From positions 157,971 through 221,970 of IMG/VR virus record IMGVR_UViG_3300015607_004593: 64,000 nt of DNA. One strand, 5' to 3'. Origin of the DNA: a virus. Taxonomy: Duplodnaviria > Caudoviricetes. A model generated the notes under the pieces. That model worked only from the letters and a program-made list of their open reading frames with translations. It was not told the origin of the DNA and did not search any database. How positions within the stretch are numbered: position 1 is the first letter of the stretch; the number at the start of each line of letters is the position of its first letter. The position numbers and the translations under genes are program-made. Shown in pieces: positions 20,527-30,758 of this stretch.

Positions 20527-21633
20527 TTAAGGTATGCAATCTAACCCAATTATCATTTCTGAGAATTCTTTTACAGGACAAAAAGCAGGAAATTCATCTC
20601 TCTTTACTTTAATAACTGTATTCAATTCAGTTACATCCTTTAATGGTATGAACATATCTAAAGAAGTTTCATACATTGTACTTATGAATGAACTAAATGA
20701 ACTTATTTCTCTTGATGAAATTAAGGATTGAATTTGTTTGTCTGAAGAAATAACATTCAATAAATCTTGAATCATTGCCCATACTTCGTCCATTTTCCCT
20801 TGATCAATATAATCCTTTTGAACAACATTTTTAAAATTTGAAACAAATATATCATAAGTTTCAGAAAGAAATTGAATAGAAGGTGGTTCCATTTCATCAG
20901 TCCAAACATCTTTTATCACATGAACGTCATTAGCATTAGCATTAAAAGGTATAACTTCAGTTGTGAAAGAAAATATATCATTTGTCAATGAATCATCTTG
21001 AAATCCTTCAACAACTATTTTCTTGATAAGTTTTGAATCTATGACTGGATAATAGATAGAACATTCACAAGTAAATGAAATTGTCCAAATAATTAATCTT
21101 CTTTCATCAAAAACTCCATCATAAGAATTCATATCCTGATTAATTGAATCTAACTTATAAACATAATCTGTTTTTAAATTTAATCTAGGATTATCTTCAA
21201 CAGTAATAGTAAAGTCAGGGGAAAAGAAAGGTATAATTTGTTCAACAATCTGAAACATTTCATCAGAATTTTTTGTAATGATAGAAAGAAAGAAGGGGAT
21301 GATATAAGGAATGGAATTGAATGAAGAAGGAGTTTTTTCTTTTGAACCAAGAGGATATAACTTATGAAGTCTATTCAATTGTTTTGATTTATCAACTTGA
21401 GGATCGCCCATCAAAAATCCCATTCTCGGCAATGAGATAGTAATTTCATCCTTATTGTTCAAAGATATGTTTTGTTCATATTTTTGAATTATTTTATCTT
21501 TTGCAGAATAAGCAATAGGAACTAAAATGAAATTATCAGTTTCACCTTTTCTTATTGAGAGATTCGTAAATAACTTTCCAAAAATCTTTATGGCATTTTT
21601 GAATGTACTATGATAGAAATATGTTGAAAACAT
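20527..21633 (-). CDS. gp15: Tail terminator / sheath stabiliser gp15 with C-terminal extension
   Basis: YFYH, FGKLF, VPIAY, LPRMGF, QIVEQIIPFFSPDF, RRLIIWTISF. Confidence 0.92.
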   Translation of the reverse strand: MFSTYFYHSTFKNAIKIFGKLFTNLSIRKGETDNFILVPIAYSAKDKIIQKYEQNISLNNKDEITISLPRMGFLMGDPQVDKSKQLNRLHKLYPLGSKEKTPSSFNSIPYIIPFFLSIITKNSDEMFQIVEQIIPFFSPDFTITVEDNPRLNLKTDYVYKLDSINQDMNSYDGVFDERRLIIWTISFTCECSIYYPVIDSKLIKKIVVEGFQDDSLTNDIFSFTTEVIPFNANANDVHVIKDVWTDEMEPPSIQFLSETYDIFVSNFKNVVQKDYIDQGKMDEVWAMIQDLLNVISSDKQIQSLISSREISSFSSFISTMYETSLDMFIPLKDVTELNTVIKVKRDEFPAFCPVKEFSEMIIGLDCIP

Positions 21634-21650
21634 TTTAAGTTATTTTAGTT

Positions 21651-22265
21651 TTATTTGATTTGAATTCCAAAAATATTTTTCCCTGATACTCTATCATTAG
21701 AAAAATCATTGAAATCTTGATTATCTTCTAATGCAGGTGAAGCAAATGTTTCTTGTTGAATAGCAAAATGATTTAATACACTCTCATGTGTATCTATTTC
21801 TTCATGAGAATAATTCCATGTCTGACATTGCAATTTATAAGTAAAGTTTTCTCCAAATTCTAAGAACGGTGAATTATCCTCAACAAATAAAATTTCAAAG
21901 AAACAGTTTGTTAAAGAAAACCAAATTAAATCTCCCTCTTGAGGTCTTTCTGATTTTGTTTCTTCAAAATACCTTTTCATAGAAATGATAAATGTAATTT
22001 TATTCTTAACTTCTATTCCAAATTTTGAAATTAATTGTCCCTCTCCCCCATAACCATCAATATTTTCTATATACATTTCCATAAGAAACGCATCTTTGAA
22101 AGCCATAAGATTATCTTCACCCAAAATCACATCAATATTTTGAAATGTTTTCTTAACATAGAAACAATTTACTCCAGCAATTTGAATAGTTTCTATAATA
22201 ATATCTTCAACAAGACTTCTATCTTCAGAAGCTCTATTTTCATAAAAGAAAGGATTAGTTGCCAT
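21651..22265 (-). CDS. gp14: Neck protein gp14
   Basis: NPFF, ILGED, EMYIENIDGYGGEG, SKFG, RPQEGDLIWF, FEILFVE. Confidence 0.92.
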   Translation of the reverse strand: MATNPFFYENRASEDRSLVEDIIIETIQIAGVNCFYVKKTFQNIDVILGEDNLMAFKDAFLMEMYIENIDGYGGEGQLISKFGIEVKNKITFIISMKRYFEETKSERPQEGDLIWFSLTNCFFEILFVEDNSPFLEFGENFTYKLQCQTWNYSHEEIDTHESVLNHFAIQQETFASPALEDNQDFNDFSNDRVSGKNIFGIQIK

Positions 22266-22278
22266 TTAAAAAATTATT

Positions 22279-22605
22279 TCATCCTGGTTCTGAAGTTTCA
22301 TCTGACCTTAAGAAGTGTAACCATTTTAAATGATGTTGCCTTCTTTCTTCATCCGCCTTGTCTTTTGCTGCTAAGAATTCTCGAAAAGATTTAATCATAA
22401 AAGAAGGTGTATTACCTTTGTTGTTTTTATTAGTAGAACTATCACTACCATAACTTCTCATTTCAAAATCTGAAATGAAAGGGTTCTTAGAAGAAGAACT
22501 TGAATTCCTTTTTAAAGGAGAAGTAGATATAAAATTTACACCTGAGCTATCTACTAAACTCCCTATATTACCTACGTTATTTGTGATTATACTTTCTTCG
22601 CTCAT
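22279..22605 (-). CDS. Hypothetical protein
   Basis: ORF with AAGG RBS; internal KSFREFL. Confidence 0.45.
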   Translation of the reverse strand: MSEESIITNNVGNIGSLVDSSGVNFISTSPLKRNSSSSSKNPFISDFEMRSYGSDSSTNKNNKGNTPSFMIKSFREFLAAKDKADEERRQHHLKWLHFLRSDETSEPG

Positions 22606-22619
22606 TTTATATTATTCCT

Positions 22620-23054
22620 TTAATTAGAGGACAGTAATATTTTTAATTCAGTTTCAAACCATTTAGAAATAGGTATATCTATCCATTCATCATCTTTCAT
22701 CAATAAAATACTAATAAGACAAGTTTTAATAATAGATTTGAATTCAGGTTCAGTGATAAAATTATAAATTAAAACTTTACCTGATGAAGTATCAAATGAA
22801 TTAAAGAAAAGGATTAAATTATTAAGAAATAATCTTAAATTTATTTTCTTAGACAATCCATATCTAACTAATTGTCTTTTTATTATTTTTAGATGATTAA
22901 TATCTTTCTTAAAAGAAAAAATATTCTTACTTCTAAGATAAGCATTAGAAGCAAGAATGATTTGATCTTCTGGAAGTAATGAAAGATTTATTTCTTCAAA
23001 AAAATTCATTTTTTTATAAAGATAAAAAATTAAAAGGGAATAACTGCTGCACAA
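22620..23054 (-). CDS. Conserved T4-like hypothetical protein
   Basis: F..D...LKIIKRQL.RY...RLFLNNLI.F.NSF pattern seen in T4-like phages. Confidence 0.6.
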   Translation of the reverse strand: MCSSYSLLIFYLYKKMNFFEEINLSLLPEDQIILASNAYLRSKNIFSFKKDINHLKIIKRQLVRYGLSKKINLRLFLNNLILFFNSFDTSSGKVLIYNFITEPEFKSIIKTCLISILLMKDDEWIDIPISKWFETELKILLSSN

Positions 23055-23743
23055 ATATAAAATGAATTATCATCATTTTTTAAAATTTCAAGATGTAGAT
23101 ACCAAGGAATCTCTTTCATATTTTCATCTACTAATTGAACATCATAAATCCATTCATCAACTGAAGGGTCTAATGTAAAATCAGGAACAATGAAACCATA
23201 TCTATAAAGAATATCAGTAATAGAAATAATTGCACCATAAGGATTAATAGTTCCATCAAAACTGATTAAAGTAGAAGAGAGAGTATTATTGATTTCTTCT
23301 GCTTTTTGAAAATCTTCATCCTTTGCCATTAATTCAGAATCTTCAAATTCATCTTCATCTTCATCCATACCATCAAGGAAATTTGATGCAAATTCAGAAT
23401 CAAATTCATCAAAAGATTCAACAACTGTAGTCATTAAACTTTTTTCTCCTGAATTAGTTTCTTTATCCAAAGAAGATGAAGGAACTACTTTGAAATATCC
23501 TATTTTATAATTACCATCATATTTTGTTTCTCCTTCATCATTAGGAAGTTCATCATCTTCAGTTTCATTTTCTTCATCATCATTTTCTTCATTATCTTCT
23601 TCTTCATCATTATCATCCTTCTCACATTCATCATCTTCTTTTTCAGTTTTATCTTCACCTTCATCTTTATCACTATCATCATCAAGAACATCATCAAGAA
23701 CATCACTATCATCATCTTTTACTTCTTTATCATCCTTTTTCAT
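23030..23743 (-). CDS. Highly acidic hypothetical protein
   Basis: D/E-rich N-terminus, NPY motif. Confidence 0.55.
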   Translation of the reverse strand: MKKDDKEVKDDDSDVLDDVLDDDSDKDEGEDKTEKEDDECEKDDNDEEEDNEENDDEENETEDDELPNDEGETKYDGNYKIGYFKVVPSSSLDKETNSGEKSLMTTVVESFDEFDSEFASNFLDGMDEDEDEFEDSELMAKDEDFQKAEEINNTLSSTLISFDGTINPYGAIISITDILYRYGFIVPDFTLDPSVDEWIYDVQLVDENMKEIPWYLHLEILKNDDNSFYICAAVIPF

Positions 23744-23758
23744 AAGTTTAATTATTCC

Positions 23759-24499
23759 TTATTTTTTAGAAAAATTTATAATAATGTTATTTTTTTTACA
23801 AAAATCTGTAACAACAATCTTAAATTTATCACTAATTCTTTCTCTAATTAATTCATCTGAAACTTTCTTATTTTGAACTTTTAGTTTTAAAAGTTTTAGA
23901 AGTTCTTTTGTGTCTCTATCTAACATAGTATTAATAGAAGATACATCAATATCTAAAGAAGCAATAACGGAAGTATTAAATTTAAAATTATTTGTATTGA
24001 TTGTAATTTCTTCAGGTGGTTCTTTTTCCTCTTCTTCAGAATCATCTTCTTTTTCTAAATCTTTATTTTCTGAAGGTACTTCTTCTGTAGAAGAAGATTC
24101 AATATTATCATTGTCATCATTAACATCATTGGTATCTTTAACATCATCAAGTTTAGTATCATCATCTTCTAAATCATTCTTAGAAATGATTTCAGGTGAA
24201 TCCTCTTGAAGAGGAGTTTCATTTAATGTTGTTTGAATAGATGAATTTTTAAAAAAATCTAAAACTTTATTTTTTTCGCAATAAACTAAAATAGGAAATC
24301 TATATTTATCCTTATATAAGGAATTATTCTCAGAAAATTCTGAAACAAAAATAAGATTATCTTCTGTTTTTAGAAACAGGTATTGTGTATATTTTAAGAA
24401 CTCTTTGAAGTCTAAACCAAACCAATACTTATCATTTGATAGGTTATTTTCAAAAAGCATTGAAGGATTTTGTTTAAATAATTTGTATGTGATTAACAT
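23759..24499 (-). CDS. Hypothetical protein with acidic linker
   Basis: Long ORF. Confidence 0.55.
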   Translation of the reverse strand: MLITYKLFKQNPSMLFENNLSNDKYWFGLDFKEFLKYTQYLFLKTEDNLIFVSEFSENNSLYKDKYRFPILVYCEKNKVLDFFKNSSIQTTLNETPLQEDSPEIISKNDLEDDDTKLDDVKDTNDVNDDNDNIESSSTEEVPSENKDLEKEDDSEEEEKEPPEEITINTNNFKFNTSVIASLDIDVSSINTMLDRDTKELLKLLKLKVQNKKVSDELIRERISDKFKIVVTDFCKKNNIIINFSKK

Positions 24500-24618
24500 A
24501 TAGTGATTGTCTTAATGATTTTGCTAAACATTTAAAATATTTAATGTTTTTTAAAATAAATAATTTATTAATTTTTATTAAAATAATCACTTTTTAACAA
24601 GGAAAGAAATAAAATCTG

Positions 24619-25194
24619 ATGGGAAAAGAAAGTCATTTTACTTCTATCAACGATTTCAAAAATAAATTTACATCGGTTCGACCAAATTTATTTAGGATTG
24701 TCCTTCCTTCCTTTGAATCTTTTCCTTTTTTAAAAAATAACTTTATAAAAACAGATAAAGTAAAAGATATTTATCTTTATTGTAAGGTTGCCGCTCTACC
24801 TGAATCTTTACTTGAAGAAATTTCTGTGGCTTATCTAGGTAGATATTTTTATGAAGGAACAGACAGAACGTTTAATAATCTAAATCTAACTTTTTATAAT
24901 TCACAAGATTTCGCTATTAGGAATTTTATAGAATTTTGGATGAATCATATCAATGGAAATGTTTCAAACCATCAAATAGAAAATATACAAGATGATTATA
25001 ATCAATTTCTCGATACTATGACTATTCAACAATTAGATAGAAGAGAAAATGTGATTAAATCTTATGACTTTCATGGGTGTTATCCAATTCGTTGTTCAGA
25101 AATTGAATTAGATTATTCTCAAAATAACACTTTAGAAGAATTTTCAACAGTGTTTAGATACCAATATTTTGATACTCAAGAACTTTTCAAATAA
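24619..25194 (+). CDS. gp19: Tail tube protein gp19, paralog 1
   Basis: RPNLFRI, CKVAALP, GTDRTF, DFAIRNFIEFW, QQLDR, YP, LEEF..FRYQY. Confidence 0.85.
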   Translation: MGKESHFTSINDFKNKFTSVRPNLFRIVLPSFESFPFLKNNFIKTDKVKDIYLYCKVAALPESLLEEISVAYLGRYFYEGTDRTFNNLNLTFYNSQDFAIRNFIEFWMNHINGNVSNHQIENIQDDYNQFLDTMTIQQLDRRENVIKSYDFHGCYPIRCSEIELDYSQNNTLEEFSTVFRYQYFDTQELFK

Positions 25195-25258
25195 GTCTTT
25201 TTGATAAATAAAAAAAATAAATTTAACAAAAGCATATATTAAAAGGAAATTTACTAAG

Positions 25259-25936
25259 ATGGCAAATAATTCATTAAAGGGAGTTACAGGCTTAAATGAA
25301 TTTAAACAAGCTTTTCACTCTGTTCGTCCTACTTTGTTTAGAGTTTCAATTCAAAAAACTCCAACTAACGAATTCTTTTTAAATCAATATTTAAAAGGAA
25401 AGGAAGGCGATATTTATTTTTATGTAAAGGCGGCATCTTTACCAGCATCAACGTTAGGTGAAATTGAAGTTGGATACATGGGAAGAAAGTTTTATGAACA
25501 CGGCGATAGAGAGTTTGACCCATGGGAATTGACTATTTACAATTCTCAAGATTTTGCTATGAGGTCATTTTTTGAATCATGGATGGATTCAATGAATTTA
25601 CATGAGGAGAATCGTCAGACTTACAATGCAAAAGCAGAAGGTGGACATTTTATAGGTGAAGCAAAAACATATTATGAATATATGTTGGATTTAAAAATTC
25701 AACAATTAGATAGAAGAAATAATGTTCTTTATACCTATGATATGATTAATTGTTTTCCAACTAAGGTAGGGGAAATTCAAGTTGATTACACTCAGACAAA
25801 TACTATTGAAGAATTTCCTGTTACTCTAAGATATACTTATTGGACTGCAAGGGATCGCGATGATAAGGCCGTTACTGACCAAGGAAAAACAGAAATGCAA
25901 GATACTGATTTATCTGTTACTGGTCTTGGTGTCTAA
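25259..25936 (+). CDS. gp19: Tail tube protein gp19, paralog 2
   Basis: RPTLFRV, KAASLPASTLG, GDREFDPW, QQLDR, CFPT, IEEFPVTLRYTYW. Confidence 0.9.
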   Translation: MANNSLKGVTGLNEFKQAFHSVRPTLFRVSIQKTPTNEFFLNQYLKGKEGDIYFYVKAASLPASTLGEIEVGYMGRKFYEHGDREFDPWELTIYNSQDFAMRSFFESWMDSMNLHEENRQTYNAKAEGGHFIGEAKTYYEYMLDLKIQQLDRRNNVLYTYDMINCFPTKVGEIQVDYTQTNTIEEFPVTLRYTYWTARDRDDKAVTDQGKTEMQDTDLSVTGLGV

Positions 25937-25954
25937 TCATCTTTTTTCATAATT

Positions 25955-26002
25955 AAAAGAAAATCCCTAGATGGCAAAAACCATTCTAGGGATTTTCTTT
26001 TT
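25955..26002. terminator. Bidirectional intrinsic terminator
   Basis: AAAAGAAAATCCCTAG...CTAGGGATTTTCTTTT. Confidence 0.75.
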
Positions 26003-26018
26003 CTTAAAAAATAAAAAT

Positions 26019-26480
26019 TTAACATTCACCATTTATAAATTTATTATATTCTATTGCCTCTTTGATTTGAAATGTTCGTTGATTGCAGCATTTGAGGGAT
26101 TCTTCAATAAATTTTATATCTACCTTTAAATCTTCTATTTCTTCACAAAGAGAAGAAAGTTCATCATCTGATGAAAGATAGATATGAATATCTGTTTTTA
26201 AAATCTTTAAATTAAAGGGGTTTTCTTTATAAACATCGGGATGAGCCTTTCCCGTGTAATATTCAAATTTTTGTTTATAAACCTTTTCTTTCTTCCTTGT
26301 TAATCTATTTAATTTTTTCCCTAATTCCAAAAGGATTACATTTAAACGGTTATGAATATAAGGAGTATCAAGTGATGCCTGAGCAAGATTATCAGGTATC
26401 TTTAAAAGGTTCTTAATTTCAATTCTCGTGAAGAAAAAAGATTCTTGATTTGAGTTTTCTTCCATCAAAAACTTTCCCAA
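26019..26480 (-). CDS. uvsY: Recombination mediator UvsY
   Basis: P..H, YYTGKA.P.VYKENPF..KILKTD, RTFQIKEAIEY.KF..G. Confidence 0.9.
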   Translation of the reverse strand: MGKFLMEENSNQESFFFTRIEIKNLLKIPDNLAQASLDTPYIHNRLNVILLELGKKLNRLTRKKEKVYKQKFEYYTGKAHPDVYKENPFNLKILKTDIHIYLSSDDELSSLCEEIEDLKVDIKFIEESLKCCNQRTFQIKEAIEYNKFINGEC

Positions 26481-26558
26481 TCTATAAGTATGAGTGATTC
26501 TTCTTTTCTTTTTTTAAAATAAAAAAAGAAAAGAAGAGGTAATTTAGACAAAACTTCT

Positions 26559-27326
26559 TTATTTGCTCTCACATCCACAATGAGTTGGATAATCACTTCT
26601 ACAAAATCTAGTATAAGAATAATACTTTATATTTCCACACTCACAAAGAACTTTCCATCTTTTTACATGATGAACTTGACCATTATGAGATTTAACATTT
26701 AATACTTTATAATCAGATTCAATTATTTTTAATTTTCCAAACGTTCTTAATGAAAATTCAGATAAATTTAATTTATTTTTCTTCCTATTCAATGAATTAA
26801 GGCATCCACAACTTTTTATGATTTGTCTTGAAATATTGTAGATGCTTGTTGAAAAATGAGATAAACAGTAGGGACATTCAACCTCAATTAAATGTTTTGC
26901 TGAAATTTCTTCACCTTTAGGAAAAGAAATAATCTTTAATGAACTCTCTTTTAAATTTTCAAATTTCCAATAATCAGGACATGAACAAGAGTGAATACTT
27001 TTTTTCAACAACGATGTTTTTGATGCTGTTTGTTGTTTTTTACAATAGATACACTCTAAGACATATCTATTTTTATAAATCAAAGAAACTACTAAGAAAG
27101 ATTTTACAACCTCACCTAAAAATGTTGCTTTTGTTTTGTTTTCTTGTTTACACGGGCAAGAAATATTCAATCCAGACACAAGTGTTTCTATAACACTTTT
27201 CTTGAAAGTTCTTTCTTGATTGCAAATCTTACAATGTAAAATTACAGTTTTTGCATCATTGTCAAAACTGATGAATGTAAACTGCCCATAGGTATTTCCA
27301 AGTTTAGATTGTAAATAATTACTCAT
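26559..27326 (-). CDS. Multi-zinc-ribbon protein related to homing-endonuclease DNA-binding repeats
   Basis: Four repeats of FG.L.(V/I)I...CxxC/CxCG...SCGC; no HNH or GIY-YIG motif visible. Confidence 0.6.
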   Translation of the reverse strand: MSNYLQSKLGNTYGQFTFISFDNDAKTVILHCKICNQERTFKKSVIETLVSGLNISCPCKQENKTKATFLGEVVKSFLVVSLIYKNRYVLECIYCKKQQTASKTSLLKKSIHSCSCPDYWKFENLKESSLKIISFPKGEEISAKHLIEVECPYCLSHFSTSIYNISRQIIKSCGCLNSLNRKKNKLNLSEFSLRTFGKLKIIESDYKVLNVKSHNGQVHHVKRWKVLCECGNIKYYSYTRFCRSDYPTHCGCESK

Positions 27327-27366
27327 AGTTCCTTTCTCACTTTGAATTTAAAAAGGATTTTTCATC

Positions 27367-27702
27367 TTAGAAGAAAATCCATGCTGCATTTCTTTTCGTT
27401 GGAAAAGCAATGAAATCATCTTCTTCATGTTTAGAAAGAAGAAGATTTAAAACTTGTTTATTCTTTCTTTTTATTTTTTTATTAAGACCCTTTCCTACTG
27501 AAGATGGTGGATTATATGTACCAGAGTGATTATCCTGATAAAAATATGCTTCTAAAATTTTTTTCAATTGACATGAAGAAGAAAAATTTCTACTTCTAAA
27601 TCTAAAGGGAATTTCTTTTAATGTTCCATCTTTAAAGAAATAATCATCAACGATTGTTTTCTTGAGAAATTTTGCATCTGTTCTTCTAAATGTTCTTGAC
27701 AT
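27367..27702 (-). CDS. Basic hypothetical protein
   Basis: MSRTFRR N-terminus common in T4-like phages. Confidence 0.55.
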   Translation of the reverse strand: MSRTFRRTDAKFLKKTIVDDYFFKDGTLKEIPFRFRSRNFSSSCQLKKILEAYFYQDNHSGTYNPPSSVGKGLNKKIKRKNKQVLNLLLSKHEEDDFIAFPTKRNAAWIFF

Positions 27703-27730
27703 TCTTACCCTTTTTTGTTTATGTTTAAAA

Positions 27731-28333
27731 TTAGGATAAAGATTGAATGATTTCCTGTAAAGTCCAAATATTTAAAATACAATCATCTAAACAATTATGT
27801 TTTTCTACATCATTCCAATTTTTATAATGATTGTTTTGTAAATTATACTGTGCATCTAAAGAACCATTTAAAACATCAATAGCAGTATTAATATCTCTTT
27901 TTTTCCATCTATTAAATGGAAGTTGAATATTTACCTGTTCAAAGGCTGATTCTATTTTTGGAAAATCAAAATCTATCCTTTTAGACCAAATAAAAGAAGT
28001 TTTCCAATCATAAGAAGATGAAGAAATAAAATCTTTCATCTTCTCAAATCCATTCTGAAGAGATAAATCTTGTTTTGATGGAAATAAGATTGACCTTAAA
28101 ACAGAAATAGGTTGTTTGTTCCAAAAACTTAATGTTGATTCTGAGGTTGTTCTTTTGTAGATACTCAATTGTTCATCAATAGAAAACTTTAGAAAAATTG
28201 AATTCTTTTTCAATTTTTCTAAAGATGAAATTTCATCCAACGTAAAAAAAATTGCGGCCATGGTTGCTATGACCGCATCCTCTTTAACTCCAAGAGTCTC
28301 AATATCAAAAATCAAATGTGTCTGAATTGACAT
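27731..28333 (-). CDS. 3'-5' exonuclease (DexA-like, DEDDh)
   Basis: FDIETLG, DFDFP, RDI, HNCLDDC. Confidence 0.85.
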   Translation of the reverse strand: MSIQTHLIFDIETLGVKEDAVIATMAAIFFTLDEISSLEKLKKNSIFLKFSIDEQLSIYKRTTSESTLSFWNKQPISVLRSILFPSKQDLSLQNGFEKMKDFISSSSYDWKTSFIWSKRIDFDFPKIESAFEQVNIQLPFNRWKKRDINTAIDVLNGSLDAQYNLQNNHYKNWNDVEKHNCLDDCILNIWTLQEIIQSLS

Positions 28334-28864
28334 TTAAATTTTTCTTACCTCTTGTATGAGAACTTCTGATAGATTTTCAAAATAATCAAACCAAGGACAC
28401 TTCAAAACAAAAGACTTTCCTAATTCCCTTACAATGATAGGATTCTTATAGTTTCTTCTATCTTTGTAATAAGAAGAATAATTATCTTCAATAATTCTTT
28501 TTGTTTCTTCTGCCTTCTCTCGGCTGATGTAAACATCTATAAATTCTAGGTTCCCTTCAATTGTAGTAAGGGAATCTCCTGAAGAACATACACAAACAAC
28601 AAGATAATAAACCTTATCATCCTCTAAAGGAAAATCAATAACAATATCAAAATATTTTCCTTTCTCAACTTCCTTTATTCCAAGGATATTTGATTGTTTC
28701 TCAACAGTGGTGAATATTGTTCCTTCATCACGGGTTTCTTCTTCATCAACTTCTACAAAGATGTAATTAATCATTTTCATTCTCCTGTTCACTTGTTTCA
28801 GTAAAAAACACTTTATCATATCCATGATTTTCATAAAGTGCATCAATGCACTTAGCCAACTCAC
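28334..28864 (-). CDS. Hypothetical protein (true start probably near 28774)
   Basis: ORF; C-terminal PWFDYFE. Confidence 0.5.
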   Translation of the reverse strand: MSWLSALMHFMKIMDMIKCFLLKQVNRRMKMINYIFVEVDEEETRDEGTIFTTVEKQSNILGIKEVEKGKYFDIVIDFPLEDDKVYYLVVCVCSSGDSLTTIEGNLEFIDVYISREKAEETKRIIEDNYSSYYKDRRNYKNPIIVRELGKSFVLKCPWFDYFENLSEVLIQEVRKI

Positions 28865-29042
28865 TTACATCACTCTCTTCTGAGAGAAGTTTGAATTCTT
28901 CTTTGATTGAAATCAATTCTTTAACCATAGATTCCGGCAAACTAGACCTATTCGCCCAAAGAAATCTAAAGAAATTAAAAAAATCATCTTTATTAATCAC
29001 TTCATTCTCCTTTGTTTGACCTATAAAACCATTATACATCAT
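28767..29042 (-). CDS. Hypothetical protein
   Basis: ORF in operon. Confidence 0.5.
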   Translation of the reverse strand: MMYNGFIGQTKENEVINKDDFFNFFRFLWANRSSLPESMVKELISIKEEFKLLSEESDVSELAKCIDALYENHGYDKVFFTETSEQENEND

Positions 29043-29340
29043 TGGTCTTACATAATGAAGTAAAATAGTTTAAAACTTTTTCAGGTAGGATAGTTGTACA
29101 AGGGATTTCGTAGCATGTCATTCTGAAATCATCCTTCTTAGAAAGTACAAAGAAAGAATAAAAAGCATCTCCTGAAAAAGTAATTGCTATGAAAAAATCA
29201 TCATTACACCACAAATAAACACCATTATGCTTTTCAAGCAATGGTTCAGGAAAAATATAATCCTTATGTGCTTTAAAAAATGTATTTTTATCTCGTTGAA
29301 TTATAGATTTTATCATTTCACTTTCTCCTTTAAACGTCAT
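29032..29340 (-). CDS. Hypothetical protein
   Basis: ORF in operon. Confidence 0.5.
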   Translation of the reverse strand: MTFKGESEMIKSIIQRDKNTFFKAHKDYIFPEPLLEKHNGVYLWCNDDFFIAITFSGDAFYSFFVLSKKDDFRMTCYEIPCTTILPEKVLNYFTSLCKTNDV

Positions 29341-29545
29341 GATTGGTTGAGGTAAAAAAAACTTATTTTCTAAAAAATTTTCCTAGATAATTTTCTCTTA
29401 GAGAAAAGGTTTTCAGAACACACCAATAACAATTAAAAACAATTTTTAAAAGTGAATATAAGGAAAGGATACAAATATAAAAAGAAAAAATTATAAAATA
29501 AATGATTAATACAATAAAAGAAATTAATAATTCCAACATCTTGAT

Positions 29546-29654
29546 AAAATCTCCTATTTTCTTTTTTTGCCCTAAGAAGTTTTCTTAGGGCAAGATTATG
29601 ATTTAAAATCTCCTATTTACCCTAAGAAGAAGTTTTCTTAAGGCAAGATTCTGA
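29546..29654. repeat. Tandem duplication of a ~50-bp hairpin+RBS unit
   Basis: AAAATCTCCTATTT...CCCTAAGAAG-TTTTCTTA(G/A)GGCAAGATT.TGA occurs twice. Confidence 0.7.
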
Positions 29655-29815
29655 GATTACAATCGCCGGGTCATATCCTTCAATATGATTGTCCAATAAA
29701 AACAATGACAAAACTCTCACCATAAAATCCTAGAATTTTTCCTTTTTGTTGATCTAAAACTTCATCATAAACTTTCATGGTTTAACTCCTAAAAAGGAAA
29801 AGGAAAAAGGAAAAA

Positions 29816-30013
29816 TTACTTTTCAAACTGAACCCATTGCACTTTACAAAACAATCTAATCCATCTAGGTAGAGTTAGAAGAACATATTCTTCTAATATA
29901 CCTTTATTATATTTTTTTATTGAATTGTAGAAAAATACTTCATAGATTTTTAATCTAAAGATGCCTAAGAAAAATATCTCTGACCTAAATCTGAAATCAT
30001 TCTCATTTTTCAT
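29816..30013 (-). CDS. Hypothetical protein
   Basis: ORF with AGGAG RBS. Confidence 0.45.
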   Translation of the reverse strand: MKNENDFRFRSEIFFLGIFRLKIYEVFFYNSIKKYNKGILEEYVLLTLPRWIRLFCKVQWVQFEK

Positions 30014-30027
30014 TTATAGCTATCTCC

Positions 30028-30216
30028 TTAAGGTTTTACTTCATAGAGTGAATTAGTTAAAAACAAAAAGGAATAGAACAATGCAGAAAAAAAGGGAAAG
30101 GTGTTTGTTATCCACATGATTAGAAATATTCCTATTGGAATATAAAAAATCATCCACATAGTAATTTTTTTCTTGATTATAGTTTTTTTCATAAGGTTTA
30201 ACTTTCCCTCACACAT
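30028..30216 (-). CDS. Small membrane protein
   Basis: Two hydrophobic stretches. Confidence 0.45.
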   Translation of the reverse strand: MCEGKLNLMKKTIIKKKITMWMIFYIPIGIFLIMWITNTFPFFSALFYSFLFLTNSLYEVKP

Positions 30217-30407
30217 AGGAACTATTTAAAAAATAAACAAATTTCCTACTAGGCTCCCTAGCGAGATATAACTAGGGTAGGTTTTAACATAAGTATAGTG
30301 AATTTTTTTTAAAAAAACAAGCCTTGGTGAAAATTTAAAAAATAAATTATTTAAAAATCAATAAATTAATAAATAAATTTAACTTTTTAAAAAAGAAAAA
30401 TATATAG

Positions 30408-30758
30408 ATGAACAATTTTAATACACTTCAAGATTTTAAAGAGAACAAAAACAAGTTTGAAATTCTCACTCCTCAAGGATTTAAAACATTCAAGGGTTTG
30501 AAGAAAACAAAATCTTCATTTCTCCTATCAATAGAAACATCTTCAGGAAAAGTTTTAAAGGGGTCTTTAGACCATCAAATAAAATTGTATAGAAAAAGGA
30601 AATTTACAAAATTCAAAGATATTAAGGTTGGGGATATGATTTCAAAAGAAGAAAAGGTTTCTTTCATTTCTGTTTCTTCAGGAAAATATGATTTCTTTAC
30701 TGTTCAAAGTGTTGATGGTGAAGAATATTTGATTGAGAATGAATTCATTTCAAAAAAT
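30408..30758 (+). other. Split intein C-terminal half (117 aa, atypical TerL type)
   Basis: EILTPQGFKTFKG, block-B-like SLDH, IKVGD, ends ISKN followed by Cys+1; resembles AceL-TerL/Cat C-inteins. Confidence 0.85.

Noticed and set aside
23500-23715. Met/Lys-rich ORF and GAT/GAA triplet repeats
   Set aside because: Alternate-frame reading of the acidic low-complexity N-terminus of 23030-23743.
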